Source of the DNA: an uncultured Lachnospiraceae bacterium
Lineage (GTDB): Bacteria; Bacillota; Clostridia; Lachnospirales; Lachnospiraceae
Assembly: GCA_946534915.1 (NCBI GenBank)
Contig: CAMNDG010000001.1
Coordinates: 122,268 to 186,267 of the forward strand
Reading direction: 5' to 3'
DNA length: 64,000 bases
The first letter of the stretch is position 1; each line of letters begins with the position of its first letter. Below are positions 27,180 to 37,854 of this stretch, one piece after another. The notes under the pieces are model-generated. The model saw only the letters and a list, made by a program, of their open reading frames with translations. It was not told where the DNA came from and did not search any database. Made by a program: the position numbers and the translations under genes.

Positions 27180-28955
27180 TCATTTCTTCCTGCTGCTGAT
27201 AAAGGAATACTCCATATCATCGTCATCCTCAAACAGGGAATCGGAGAGATCATTGGGATCGCCTTCACGATAGTAATCGGACTCCTCTTCCTTGTAGCTG
27301 ACATTCTTCATCACCTTCTGCATTGAGAGTCTCCCGCGCTCGTTGTCATCCTGATCAGAGCCTTCCTCGGAATAATCATCCTCTTCGAGATAATCGCTGT
27401 CTTCCTCGTCCTCTCTGGGCAGAAGATCGATGTCCTCCGGATATTCCTTGAATTCGTCGAATTCATGTTCCTCGGTCTCGTCTTCGTAATCGTCGAAGTC
27501 ACCGCCGTCATCGGGATCTTCCGCGTCTTCGTCCGAATCGGAACCGAACATTTTCTTCAAAAATCCGAAAAATCCGCCTTTTGCGGCGCTGCGCCTTGCC
27601 GTACGGGATTCAGACTCCTCTTCATCTTCGTAGTCCTCACTCTCGTAGTCCTCATCTTCTTCATCGAACTCCTCGGTTTCGACGTCTTCTTTGTCTTCCT
27701 CGTAGTCCTCGTCTTCGTAGTCTTCATCCTCGTAGTCTTCGTCGCCTTCTTCGAATTCTTCGTCGAACTCTTCTCCGGCGGCGTCTCCGGACTCTTCTTC
27801 GAAGACTTCTTCCGCCGCGGCTTCTTCGGCTTCAGCGGGTTCATCCTTAGAGATGTTTTCCTCAAGCTGCACGGTTGTCGCGGCAATAGCTGCTTCGATC
27901 TCCTCGGCGGGGATCTCAGCAGGTTCCGTTTCTTCCGGAATTTCCATTGTTATTGTGGAATCAGCTGTTTGTGTCTTATTGTCAGCGGGAATAGGCTCTT
28001 CTGTTTCTTCCGCATCCTCATCGGCTTCTTCCTGCGTTTCTGAAGGCTCTTCAGTCTCTTCAGCTTCGGCCTCGTCTTCTGCCGGCTCATCATCTTCAAA
28101 GAAGAATTCTTCCTCTTCTTCCTCATCTTCGCCGTCACGGGCTGCTGCAGCTTCCAAAGCTCTTCCTCTGGTTGTCTTGGATCTGCCGTCACGGATAGAT
28201 TTGAGAAGGAAAAGAACAAACGCGGCAAGTGCCGCCGCAAGGATTCCGAACACGATCGCAAGGGGTCTCCAGATGCCCGGGCCGCCATTGCCCGTCTGCG
28301 CCGCGTTCTCCTGAGCCTGAAGATCGCTGATCCTCACCTTGCTCCCGTTGTCATCATTGTACACATACCATGTGACGGAGCCGTCAGCTTCCTGCTCATA
28401 GCCCGTCCTGAAGCCCGCGTTTGGATCCTTTGTTGCATCATAGCCTTCCGTGCCGGCATTTGCTGCCGGTGCGGCATCTTGTGAAGGAGCGGGCTCGGTC
28501 CCGGCAGGCTCAGTGTCTGCAGGCGCAGCTTCTTCGGTCCCGGTATTCTCTTCTTCCGCGGACTCTTCTTCCGCGGTATCCTCTGTTTCTTCCACGGTCT
28601 GCGTCTCTTCCTGTTCTCTATCACGGAAAGCGGCGAGTTCGCTGTCATCCGCTTCGATCAGGTCACTGCGCACATAACCGGTTGCACCGTTATCAAGCTG
28701 GATGTAGTACCATGCATAGCCGTCTGCGGACTGCAGAACGTCGAGGATCTGCACTTCGTCGCCTTCGTTCAGACTTCCGATGATCCCCGCTTCCGTAGAC
28801 GCGTCATTTCTTATCATGACATTATCCGTCACAGTTCTGGCTGCGGATGCCTCGATCGGCATCACAAGGGAACCGACTGCGACGATCGCGCTGATCCATG
28901 CGGCTGTCAGTACTTTACTGAACTTTTTACTCCAATTTCCCATGATATTCTCCAA
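27180..28955 (-). CDS. SH3b-domain membrane protein with a long acidic low-complexity tail
   Basis: Signal-like N-terminus, SH3b (NVMIR...GYAWYYI...GYVRSDLI), one TM helix, Asp/Glu-rich C-terminal half. Confidence 0.75.
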   Translation of the reverse strand: MENIMGNWSKKFSKVLTAAWISAIVAVGSLVMPIEASAARTVTDNVMIRNDASTEAGIIGSLNEGDEVQILDVLQSADGYAWYYIQLDNGATGYVRSDLIEADDSELAAFRDREQEETQTVEETEDTAEEESAEEENTGTEEAAPADTEPAGTEPAPSQDAAPAANAGTEGYDATKDPNAGFRTGYEQEADGSVTWYVYNDDNGSKVRISDLQAQENAAQTGNGGPGIWRPLAIVFGILAAALAAFVLFLLKSIRDGRSKTTRGRALEAAAARDGEDEEEEEEFFFEDDEPAEDEAEAEETEEPSETQEEADEDAEETEEPIPADNKTQTADSTITMEIPEETEPAEIPAEEIEAAIAATTVQLEENISKDEPAEAEEAAAEEVFEEESGDAAGEEFDEEFEEGDEDYEDEDYEDEDYEEDKEDVETEEFDEEDEDYESEDYEDEEESESRTARRSAAKGGFFGFLKKMFGSDSDEDAEDPDDGGDFDDYEDETEEHEFDEFKEYPEDIDLLPREDEEDSDYLEEDDYSEEGSDQDDNERGRLSMQKVMKNVSYKEEESDYYREGDPNDLSDSLFEDDDDMEYSFISSRKK

Positions 28956-28997
28956 TCTGAGTTGATCAACTCTTTGACTTTCCGTCCGGTGACTGTG

Positions 28998-30281
28998 TCA
29001 CTTGACTGCATCGATCGCTTTTCCTATGTCATGTCTCATGTATTCACCGTCGAAATGTACCCATTCCACAGCTTTATACGCATTAGCTCTCGCTTCGATC
29101 AGAGTATCTCCCAGAGCTGTTACGCCCAGGACGCGGCCTCCGCTGGTCACGGTTTCCCCGTCCGCATTAAAAGTTGTTCCGGCGTGGAAGCAGTAATAGC
29201 CTTCCTTGCCATCGAAGTTGTCCAGGCCGGTGATCACTTTGCCCTTCTCATAGCTTCCCGGATATCCGCCCGAAGCAATAACTACGCATACTGCCGCATT
29301 GTCTTCAAATTCGGGTTCAACGCTGTCCAGCGTCCCGTCAATGCAGGCCTGCATGATCTCAATGATATCAGACTTAAGCCTGGGCAGCACCACCTGGGTC
29401 TCGGGATCTCCGAAACGGGTATTGTATTCGAGTACCCTCGGTCCGTCCGGAGTGAGCATCAGGCCAAAATAGAGAACACCTCTGAAAGGTCTCCCTTCCG
29501 AAGCCATGGCATCCATAGTCTTTTGATAGATGTGCTTCCTGCAGTATTCATCCACTTCCTTTGTGTAAAAAGGACTGGGAGAAAATGTTCCCATACCGCC
29601 TGTATTGAGACCTGTATCACCGTCTCCGGCTCTCTTGTGGTCCTGGGAGCTGCTCATGAGTTTATATTTTTTGCCGTCAGCAAAAGCAAGTACCGATACT
29701 TCTCGTCCGGTCATGAACTCTTCAATGACGATCTTGCTCCCCGCGTCACCGAATTTCTTATCCATCATAAGCTCTGCGACACCTGCCTTGGCTTCTTCCA
29801 GGGTATTGCAGATCAAAACGCCTTTGCCGAGAGCAAGTCCCGATGCCTTTAAAACGATGGGCATCTTGGCAGTTTCAAGATAGACAAGTGCCTTTTCGGG
29901 ATCATCAAAGATCTCGTAGGCAGCTGTAGGGATCCCGTATTTCTTCATAAGATCCTTGGAAAACGCTTTGCTTCCCTCTATGATCGCCGCATTTGCGGGA
30001 GTACCGAAGATCCTGAGGCCTTTTGCCTCAAAGGCGTCGACAATTCCTGCACAGAGCGGATCGTCCATGCTGCAGACAGTAAGGTCGATCTTATTCTCAG
30101 CAGCAAATGCTGTGAGAGCATCGAAATCCATTGTCCCTATTTTGACACATTCCGCGATCTTAGCTATGCCGGCATTGCCCGGAGCGCAGTACAGCTTATC
30201 TACCTGCGGGCTTCTCCTTATGGCCTCAGCGATGGCGTGTTCTCTTCCGCCGCCTCCAACCAGTAATACTTTCATTTGCAC
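28998..30281 (-). CDS. purD: Phosphoribosylamine-glycine ligase
   Basis: GGGGREHA, QDHKR, NTGGMG, EYNTRFGDPE. Confidence 0.97.
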   Translation of the reverse strand: MQMKVLLVGGGGREHAIAEAIRRSPQVDKLYCAPGNAGIAKIAECVKIGTMDFDALTAFAAENKIDLTVCSMDDPLCAGIVDAFEAKGLRIFGTPANAAIIEGSKAFSKDLMKKYGIPTAAYEIFDDPEKALVYLETAKMPIVLKASGLALGKGVLICNTLEEAKAGVAELMMDKKFGDAGSKIVIEEFMTGREVSVLAFADGKKYKLMSSSQDHKRAGDGDTGLNTGGMGTFSPSPFYTKEVDEYCRKHIYQKTMDAMASEGRPFRGVLYFGLMLTPDGPRVLEYNTRFGDPETQVVLPRLKSDIIEIMQACIDGTLDSVEPEFEDNAAVCVVIASGGYPGSYEKGKVITGLDNFDGKEGYYCFHAGTTFNADGETVTSGGRVLGVTALGDTLIEARANAYKAVEWVHFDGEYMRHDIGKAIDAVK

Positions 30282-30290
30282 TCCCCTTTC

Positions 30291-30923
30291 TTAAGACTCT
30301 CTGATGTGTGCTATCGAGTTATCATCTATCGTGACTCTGCCTTCGGCGATCAGGGAGATCGCCTTGGGAAGAATGATCCACTCCGCTTCTTCCATGACTC
30401 GTCTCTGCAGGATCTGGGGCGTATCGCCCTCCTTAACATCAACGGCCTTCTGTAAAAGAATCGGTCCGTGATCCAGGTCTTCATCCACAAAGTGTACTGT
30501 AGCCCCGGTGACCTTGGCACCCCTCTCAAGGACTTTCTCATGGACATGGAGTCCGTAATAGCCCTTTCCGCAGAAAGAAGGGATCAGGGCGGGATGGATA
30601 TTGATGATCCTTCCCCTGAACCTGTCGATCACGCAGGCAGGCACTGCGACCATAAATCCCGCGAGTACGATCAGGTCCGGCTTCGCTTCCTCCAGGCAGG
30701 CCAGAAGAGCTTCATTGAACAGTTCTCTGTTCTCATAGTCTCTGGGAGATACGCACACGCCCTCGATGCCGGCGGACTGTGCGCGGGTCAGGGCATACGC
30801 GTTTTTATTATTGCTGATGACACGGACGATCTCGGTATTGCGGATCACTCCACTCCCGATCGCGTCGATGATCGCCTGGAGATTTGTTCCTCCTCCCGAC
30901 ACACAAACGGCAACTCTCAGCAT
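30291..30923 (-). CDS. purN: Phosphoribosylglycinamide formyltransferase
   Basis: [25 protein letters not shown]. Confidence 0.96.
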   Translation of the reverse strand: MLRVAVCVSGGGTNLQAIIDAIGSGVIRNTEIVRVISNNKNAYALTRAQSAGIEGVCVSPRDYENRELFNEALLACLEEAKPDLIVLAGFMVAVPACVIDRFRGRIINIHPALIPSFCGKGYYGLHVHEKVLERGAKVTGATVHFVDEDLDHGPILLQKAVDVKEGDTPQILQRRVMEEAEWIILPKAISLIAEGRVTIDDNSIAHIRES

Positions 30924-31951
30924 AATTCTACTCCCTTCTGTGCGCCGCTCCCGGTCTCGCCGATCACATAGGCGTCTTCACCGGCCGCGCGCAGCGCTTC
31001 GACAGCTTTATCCGCATCGGCGCTGTCAAGGGCAAGAACCATTCCGATTCCCATATTGAAGGTGTTGTACATCATCTTTTCCTCGATCTCTCCCTTTTTC
31101 TGCATAAGGGTAAAGATCGGAAGGACGGGATAACTGTCCTTATGGACTCTGGCGACAATTCCGTCGGGAAGCATTCTCGGAATATTCTCATAGAATCCTC
31201 CGCCCGTGATGTGGCTGCATCCCTTGATGGTAATACCCGCGTCCTTGACCGCTCGAAGAGCCTTGACATAGATCTTTGTGGGTGTAAGAAGCGCTTCTCC
31301 GAGAGTCTTTCCCAGCTCAGGGTAGAATCTTCCAAGATTCGTCTCATTTACGTCAAAGATCTTTCTTACGAGCGAAAAGCCGTTGCTGTGGACGCCTGAA
31401 GATGCAATACCGACCAGTTTGTCACCGGGCTTAATATTCTCTCCGGTGATAAGATCCTTCTCATCCGCAACGCCGACGGCAAACCCGGCCAGGTCATATT
31501 CATCCACGGGATAGAATCCGGGCATCTCAGCCGTCTCTCCGCCGATCAGCGCAGCTCCGGACTGAATGCAGCCCTCACAGACACCGCTGACAATGCTGGC
31601 GATCTTCTCGGGCTCGTTCTTTCCGCATGCGATATAGTCAAGGAAATACAGCGGCTCTCCGCCTGCGCAGGCAACGTCGTTGACGCACATTGCGACACAG
31701 TCGATTCCTACAGTATCGTGCTTATTGGTCAAAAAAGCGATCTTGAGTTTCGTGCCGACTCCGTCCGTACCGGAAAGAAGAACCGGCTTATCCATATTCT
31801 TGATCTTCTCGAGGGAGAATGCGCCGGAAAATCCTCCGAGTCCGCCGAGGACTTCAGGCCTCATGGTGCGTTTGACATGCTCCTTCATAAGTTCCACGCT
31901 GCGGTAGCCTGCCTCAATATCGACTCCGGAACTCTTATAATCCAATCCCAT
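30917..31951 (-). CDS. purM: Phosphoribosylformylglycinamidine cyclo-ligase
   Basis: [30 protein letters not shown]. Confidence 0.97.
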   Translation of the reverse strand: MGLDYKSSGVDIEAGYRSVELMKEHVKRTMRPEVLGGLGGFSGAFSLEKIKNMDKPVLLSGTDGVGTKLKIAFLTNKHDTVGIDCVAMCVNDVACAGGEPLYFLDYIACGKNEPEKIASIVSGVCEGCIQSGAALIGGETAEMPGFYPVDEYDLAGFAVGVADEKDLITGENIKPGDKLVGIASSGVHSNGFSLVRKIFDVNETNLGRFYPELGKTLGEALLTPTKIYVKALRAVKDAGITIKGCSHITGGGFYENIPRMLPDGIVARVHKDSYPVLPIFTLMQKKGEIEEKMMYNTFNMGIGMVLALDSADADKAVEALRAAGEDAYVIGETGSGAQKGVELC

Positions 31952-31969
31952 CTGCTGTATATCCTCCGT

Positions 31970-32479
31970 TTAATCTTTCTTGTAATCTTTGTATCCTTTT
32001 TCCTGCAGCTTTCTGTCCTTGGCCTCAACCTCTGCCGCCATATTCGCGCTGTAATCTTTAAGTTTCTTAAGAAGCTCGGGATCGGAGACAGCCAGGATCT
32101 TCGCCGCAAGAAGACCTGCGTTCTTGCCGCCGCCGATGGCTACTGTAGCTACAGGTATCCCAGAGGGCATCTGAACTATGGAGTAAAGGGAATCTCTTCC
32201 TCCCAGCGAAGTGGTGTGCATCGGAATACCGATCACGGGCATCGGAAACAGAGCGGCGCACATTCCGGGAAGGTGTGCGGCCATTCCTGCTCCGGCAACG
32301 ATGACCTTGATCCCTCTCTCTTCTGCGCCCTTAGCCCAGTCAAAAAAGATATCAGGCTCTCTGTGTGCCGAGATTATGTGCATCTCATAGCTTATTCCAA
32401 ATTCATCAAGAACCTCCGCGGCTTTACTCATTACCGACAGATCCGAATCACTTCCCATTACTATTCCAACTTGTGCCAT
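31970..32479 (-). CDS. purE: N5-CAIR mutase
   Basis: [25 protein letters not shown]. Confidence 0.97.
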   Translation of the reverse strand: MAQVGIVMGSDSDLSVMSKAAEVLDEFGISYEMHIISAHREPDIFFDWAKGAEERGIKVIVAGAGMAAHLPGMCAALFPMPVIGIPMHTTSLGGRDSLYSIVQMPSGIPVATVAIGGGKNAGLLAAKILAVSDPELLKKLKDYSANMAAEVEAKDRKLQEKGYKDYKKD

Positions 32480-32605
32480 GGTTCCTCCTTATTGTGTAAT
32501 GCCCTGTCTCAGGACATACAAACAGAGCCTGTTATGATCAGGCATACTATCAAGCATAGTTTATCGAAAACAGTTCTCATGTGCAACACATAAAAAAACG
32601 CAGAA

Positions 32606-34687
32606 TCATTCAATTGGTACCATTTCTTCCAGCGGTCCGTTGAGTAACCGCGTTCCTTCCAGTACAAATCTTCCGTCTTTGAGGATCGGTGTCCTGCCGC
32701 CGTCCGCTCTGACAGCCGTAAATTCCCCGAGTTCCTCATAAGGGATCGTGATATCCGTGTGACAGCCAAAATATGCCTTCTCCGGAGCTGTTTTCCTGAG
32801 AATGGATACGGAATTGTCCTTGGCGACGATCTCCTTTCCATCCGGGTTATACACCCTGTTCTCCTCATCTCTGCAGTAACATGTATCCCCAACCGCGAAA
32901 TGGGGGCCGGTCTTCTCCGCGATCAGTATAGGAAGGCGTCCGGAGATACCGTATTTTGCCGCTGCGGCGTATGCGGTAGTATTTGTTCCGATCGCGCACT
33001 CTCCCATTGGAAGATGGTCATGATGAAAGAGGATATTTTCCCTGATATAGTTCTTGTTCTCTTCTTCGCTCCCGAAATTGGCACAGTTGTAGTCTTCGAC
33101 TCTTCCGTTCACAAACCGGATCTCAAGATCTTTAAAAAACAGGCCTTCCAGATAAACTCCCTTTACATGAAGCAGCCCTTCAGTACCTTCCAGAACAGGC
33201 GTTGTGAAGACTTCTCCGACCGGAATATTGACATCAGCCGTACAGTTTTCAAAGTTGGCTTCCGAGGCGGGATCAGCGGGTTCGAACAGCTTCACTTTAA
33301 GATCTGTCCTGTTTCCGTTTCTGCCCCGGATCTCCACGCGGCATGCCGCGCCGAGAACGTCAGTCATCCTGCTCTGGATCTTCTCATAGAGTCCGTTATC
33401 AAGGGTATTGATCCGCGTTATGGCATCAAAGATCTCCCTGTAGTCCTTATCAGTTTCCGCAATAGAGGGAAGAGGAAAATCAATGACTGTAAAACTTCTG
33501 TCTTTGGCCACAACCGCGTCGCTGTAAAGCTGGGCAGCCTTAATGTTGTAATCTGTGCTGAGCTTCTGCTGTATTTTGTCATATCGGGGAGCATACGGAT
33601 TATGATTGGGACAAAAGGGAGCACTTCCGAATGTTTCAAGAACCGCGGGTCCCGCATAGAGTACGGTACCGTCCCTGAGCTTCCTATAAGCATTGGTCAG
33701 CCCTTCGAGTCTCCTTTTCCGAAGTCCCTCATCAAGAAACAGCGCCAGATCTTCCCTGTGATCATAGTAATACTGGGGATTCGGATCTGCTCCGCCGTAT
33801 CCCATATTCCCCCGGCTGAAAGAATGGAAAAGTGTCGGAGCTTCAGCGGGAAGGATCACTTTCAGGCCGTAACTGTTAAATCCCTTTATGCAGGCCTTCA
33901 GGATTCTCTCAAAGCCCAGATGAAGGATCATAGACACAGTTTTCTTCGAAGCCAGGTTCTTGCCTCCGTTTATAAAACCTCTCCTGTAACCCTCCGTTAT
34001 GGTTTCGGCGATCAGGGCGATCTCCTCCTCAGGAAGTTCCTCAATGTACTGCGCGCTCCGGATCTCATCGTCGGTGACATATTCACCGGTAAGATACAGC
34101 TTCCTCAGATCTGTTCCGCCGGCGGCCGCGAGGTCATAGATTCCGGGGCTTCCTTTCACAAGCTTGTCTTCAAGATAAACGGTCATCTCATCCTCAGCGT
34201 AATCCGCAAGGTATTGCCGTATTATACTTCTGATCTGTTCCCGTGAAGGAATACCGCCGTTTTCACGATAAGCGATCGTAAAAGCTGTGTAGACTTCCAG
34301 AAACAGTTCCGCTCTTATAAGAACTCGTTCACGCATATGCCGGTATACAAAAGGCAGCGCGCTCCGGATCTCATATCGGAGCGCAGCGAGAAGCGGTCCC
34401 TCTTCACTGCCGAGTTCAGCCGCTGCGAAAGCAGGATTGGCCCAGCTCGTCCCGTAATTTTCCGGCAGTATTTCTTCGTAGAGTCTGTGGTTTCTCTCTC
34501 TTAGAAGACTGATCTCAGTATCTGCCGGGTCATTCGACAATAAGAACTGCTCCTCTTCTTCCATGAGAAGGAGCCACTGTGCTCCGTCTTCAAAATATTT
34601 TACGAATCCGGGCTCTGCCAGATTTTCTCCGGGTATCGCCCGGATCCGGTCCATAGCCAGTGAATATCGAAGATCTGTAAGTTCCAT
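32606..34687 (-). CDS. Aminopeptidase (M29 thermophilic metalloprotease-like)
   Basis: NIPVGEVFTTP, GECAIGTN, EKTGPHFAVG, HTDIT. Confidence 0.8.
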   Translation of the reverse strand: MELTDLRYSLAMDRIRAIPGENLAEPGFVKYFEDGAQWLLLMEEEEQFLLSNDPADTEISLLRERNHRLYEEILPENYGTSWANPAFAAAELGSEEGPLLAALRYEIRSALPFVYRHMRERVLIRAELFLEVYTAFTIAYRENGGIPSREQIRSIIRQYLADYAEDEMTVYLEDKLVKGSPGIYDLAAAGGTDLRKLYLTGEYVTDDEIRSAQYIEELPEEEIALIAETITEGYRRGFINGGKNLASKKTVSMILHLGFERILKACIKGFNSYGLKVILPAEAPTLFHSFSRGNMGYGGADPNPQYYYDHREDLALFLDEGLRKRRLEGLTNAYRKLRDGTVLYAGPAVLETFGSAPFCPNHNPYAPRYDKIQQKLSTDYNIKAAQLYSDAVVAKDRSFTVIDFPLPSIAETDKDYREIFDAITRINTLDNGLYEKIQSRMTDVLGAACRVEIRGRNGNRTDLKVKLFEPADPASEANFENCTADVNIPVGEVFTTPVLEGTEGLLHVKGVYLEGLFFKDLEIRFVNGRVEDYNCANFGSEEENKNYIRENILFHHDHLPMGECAIGTNTTAYAAAAKYGISGRLPILIAEKTGPHFAVGDTCYCRDEENRVYNPDGKEIVAKDNSVSILRKTAPEKAYFGCHTDITIPYEELGEFTAVRADGGRTPILKDGRFVLEGTRLLNGPLEEMVPIE

Positions 34688-34754
34688 TCTTTATCTCCAA
34701 TAAAGCAGGCTCTGCCGTCCCAAAAGAGGAACAGCGGAGCCGCCGTAAAATGCT

Positions 34755-35438
34755 TTATGCCTTTTTCACTCCGTACTCAGCATAGTAATCGTCTAGCGCC
34801 TTCTTGATCTTTCTGTCGATCAGGACCTTGCCGTCGATCGGTCTGTTGTAGAGGTACTCCTGGACTTCATCCATTGTGACGATCGCGCTTGTCGGGAATC
34901 CGTAGTCTTCCCGGATCTCGTCCAGCGCGCTGATCGTACCTTTGGGTCCGACTTCTCTTCTGTCAAGAGATACCATAAGTCCTACGATATCGACATCTGC
35001 CTGGGCACGGATGATCGGAATCGTTTCCGCAATGGAAGCGCCGGATGTAGTGACATCCTCGATGATCATCACTCTGTCTTCGTCATGGAGACGGGTTCCG
35101 AGAAGGATGCCCTTATCGCCGTGATCCTTGATCTCTTTGCGGTTGGAACAGTACTTGATGTCGCGGCCGTAAAGTTTGCTGATCGCCATGACCGTGGCTA
35201 CTGCCAGCGGTATACCTTTGTAGGCAGGTCCGAACAGCACGTCAAAATCCAGCCCGTATTTATCATTAATGGCTCTTGCGTAGTATTCACCGAGCTTGAT
35301 GAGCTGTGAACCGGTCTTATATGCTCCGGCGTTCATGAAAAACGGTGATTTTCTGCCGCTCTTTAAAGTAAACTCCCCGAATTTGAGGACGTGTGAGTCT
35401 ACCATAAAATTGATAAAATTCTTCTTGTACTCTTCCAT
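34755..35438 (-). CDS. pyrE: Orotate phosphoribosyltransferase
   Basis: FTLKSGR, FGPAYKGIP, RKEIKDHG, IEDVTTSG. Confidence 0.95.
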   Translation of the reverse strand: MEEYKKNFINFMVDSHVLKFGEFTLKSGRKSPFFMNAGAYKTGSQLIKLGEYYARAINDKYGLDFDVLFGPAYKGIPLAVATVMAISKLYGRDIKYCSNRKEIKDHGDKGILLGTRLHDEDRVMIIEDVTTSGASIAETIPIIRAQADVDIVGLMVSLDRREVGPKGTISALDEIREDYGFPTSAIVTMDEVQEYLYNRPIDGKVLIDRKIKKALDDYYAEYGVKKA

Positions 35439-35473
35439 TCTGAGATTATCCCCCCTTAATACTGTCCGCGTCT

Positions 35474-36427
35474 TCAGCGGCCTGTGTTCCAGACTGTTCT
35501 TGCTCCGTGGATCGCGCCCCTCAGATCCTCGATCATATCTATTGCTGCTGCTCTTGCCGCATCGGCAAAACCCTCTTCTCCATACTTGCTGTAAGCTTCC
35601 TTCTTATAGGCGGCAATGATGCCTCTGGAGGAATTGACGATCGCGCCCAGGCCGTCTGCATCAAAGAATCCGCTCAGGTCAGCGGCTGTCGCGCCCTGTG
35701 CCCCGTACCCGGGAGCAAGGATGAATGTGTGCGGCATCAGTTTCCTCAGGATCTTCGCCTGCTCGGGATATGTGGCGCCTACGACAGCTCCCACATTGCT
35801 GTACACGCCTTCCATGCACTCGGATCCCCATTCCCTGACCATCTTGCCTACCAGTTCATATACAGCCCTTCCGTCACCGGTGAGTACATCCTGAAACTCG
35901 CCGCTGGAAGGATTAGAGGTCTTTACAAGCACGAAAATACCTTTGTCGTGCTCCTTACAGATTTTTATAAAAGGCTTTACGCCGTCAGAGCCCAGATATG
36001 GATTGACAGTGGCAAAGTCCACATCGAATCCTGTTCCTGCGAGATGTCCCCTTGCGTATGCCTCGGAGGTAGAACCTATATCGCCTCTCTTGACATCGCC
36101 GATCACGATCAGCCCCTTGGATCTGCAATAGTCCACGGTCCTTCTGTACGCGATCATGCCGGGAATCCCAAACTGCTCATACATCGCGACCTGGGGTTTC
36201 ACGGCAGGTACGATATCGTACACAGCATCTGTGATCGCTTTATTAAACTGCCATACAGCTTCCGCCGCGATCACGTTTTCCTTCTCGCAGTACTCCGGAA
36301 TATCCCCTTCGGCAGCACTCTCCGCCTTCTTTAAGATAAACTCCGGAATGAAGGAAAGATTCGGGTCGAGTCCGACGACGACAGGAGCGTCCTTATCAGT
36401 GATCCCCTTAATTAATCTCTGAATCAT
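35474..36427 (-). CDS. pyrF: Orotidine-5'-phosphate decarboxylase
   Basis: VGLDP, DVKRGDIGST, KTSNP, PGYGAQG, NSSRGI. Confidence 0.95.
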   Translation of the reverse strand: MIQRLIKGITDKDAPVVVGLDPNLSFIPEFILKKAESAAEGDIPEYCEKENVIAAEAVWQFNKAITDAVYDIVPAVKPQVAMYEQFGIPGMIAYRRTVDYCRSKGLIVIGDVKRGDIGSTSEAYARGHLAGTGFDVDFATVNPYLGSDGVKPFIKICKEHDKGIFVLVKTSNPSSGEFQDVLTGDGRAVYELVGKMVREWGSECMEGVYSNVGAVVGATYPEQAKILRKLMPHTFILAPGYGAQGATAADLSGFFDADGLGAIVNSSRGIIAAYKKEAYSKYGEEGFADAARAAAIDMIEDLRGAIHGARTVWNTGR

Positions 36428-36499
36428 TTTCCAGTCACCTTTCTTATTGTGTAATTGCAGTCAAAGTATAGCATAACGCTGTTTGCCGTGCATTATTTC

Positions 36500-37585
36500 T
36501 TATCTTGTTTTCAGGAATCTGAGTTCCCGCTTCGCATCCTCGTCTCCTGAATACTGCTGCAGGTAGTCGGCGAGAAGTTCTTTCGCCTTTTCGAAATCTC
36601 CCGCATATTCATATGCGACGATCCTGTTGTACAAAGTGACCTGAAGATCGCCGTTTTCTTTGGCGGCATTTACAGCCCGCTCATATACTTCGGCGGCTTC
36701 GCCGTATTTACCCTGCTTCATAAGGATCGATCCCAGAAGATCCAGAAGTTCCGCTGAAGAGTCAACTTCAGAACCGAAACTGTCGATAACACCCTTAGCC
36801 GCTTCCGTATCTCCCAGAGCAATATAGCATCTGCATCCGATCATTGCCGCGGATTCATCCGCAGCGGCGTGCTGGCTCAGAAGATCGACTGCTCCCTGAT
36901 AATCTCTCATGAAGTAGAGGATCCTTCCTCTCAGGACCGGATCGAGCCCTTCCACGGAACCTGCGCCGGCAAGATACCCCTCTCCGATACTCCTTCCGCC
37001 GTACTGATCCAGTGTCTGGGCGATGTTCAGGATCAGGGCGTAATTGCCTCTGTCCATATTGATCGCTTTATTGAAATCTGCCTTTGCTCCCTCCAGATCA
37101 CCAGAGGCAGCCTTCGCAGTTCCTCTCTCCGTAAACAGGGAAATACTGCTGTCATTTTTTTCGATCAGGGCGTTGTAGACCAGGATCGCTTTCTGCGGCT
37201 CTCCGTTGTGGATATAGCAGCTGGCAAGATATCTTCGGATATCGTCCGCCATACCGTCACGGTAGATCTTCTCTTCTATGAAGGTCCCGGATTCCAGCGC
37301 TTTATTAAAAGCTTCCGCCGCGCTCTCATATTCCATTTTGCCCATAAGGGCAATACCTTTGCCGCGATAACAGGCCTGAAGCTGTTTGCCCTCGTCGATC
37401 GCCGCCTGATAGAGTGCTGCGGCATTCTCGAAATCACCCTCCTCGAGGGCTTTCTGGGCATTTGACATCGTCTCGGTATTCTGGGGACTGCAGCTGCACA
37501 GCACGGCTGCCGCCATAAAAGCTGACAGTAATATTGCGATTACCTTTTTCAACTTTGCCTCCTGATCTTGTTTATTCCTCTTCAA
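36500..37585 (-). CDS. Tetratricopeptide repeat lipoprotein
   Basis: Lipobox LCSC and multiple TPR-like helical pairs. Confidence 0.75.
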   Translation of the reverse strand: MKRNKQDQEAKLKKVIAILLSAFMAAAVLCSCSPQNTETMSNAQKALEEGDFENAAALYQAAIDEGKQLQACYRGKGIALMGKMEYESAAEAFNKALESGTFIEEKIYRDGMADDIRRYLASCYIHNGEPQKAILVYNALIEKNDSSISLFTERGTAKAASGDLEGAKADFNKAINMDRGNYALILNIAQTLDQYGGRSIGEGYLAGAGSVEGLDPVLRGRILYFMRDYQGAVDLLSQHAAADESAAMIGCRCYIALGDTEAAKGVIDSFGSEVDSSAELLDLLGSILMKQGKYGEAAEVYERAVNAAKENGDLQVTLYNRIVAYEYAGDFEKAKELLADYLQQYSGDEDAKRELRFLKTR

Positions 37586-37805
37586 AAACGACCTTTACGT
37601 AGAACCCCCGTTCATTTTCCTCAACGGCTTTCACTTTTCCCTCTCTGGAAAGAAGACGCTGGTTGAACGGATAATTCCCGCTCATCGCAAGCGACGGATG
37701 GATCGTATAGTAGTAATTGCTCGGCAGCACACCTTCCACGATGGTTACGGTATCTCCTTCCTTCAGAAGACCTTCCCTCTCCATCTTGAACTCCATCTCT
37801 CTCAT
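37572..37805 (-). CDS. Small hypothetical protein
   Basis: 77 aa, RBS AAGGGGG, co-oriented and overlapping the next gene. Confidence 0.7.
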   Translation of the reverse strand: MREMEFKMEREGLLKEGDTVTIVEGVLPSNYYYTIHPSLAMSGNYPFNQRLLSREGKVKAVEENERGFYVKVVFEEE

Positions 37806-37854
37806 TCTACTGCGCCCCCTTTTTTATGAGAAGTCATTTTCTGTATTTTGACGA

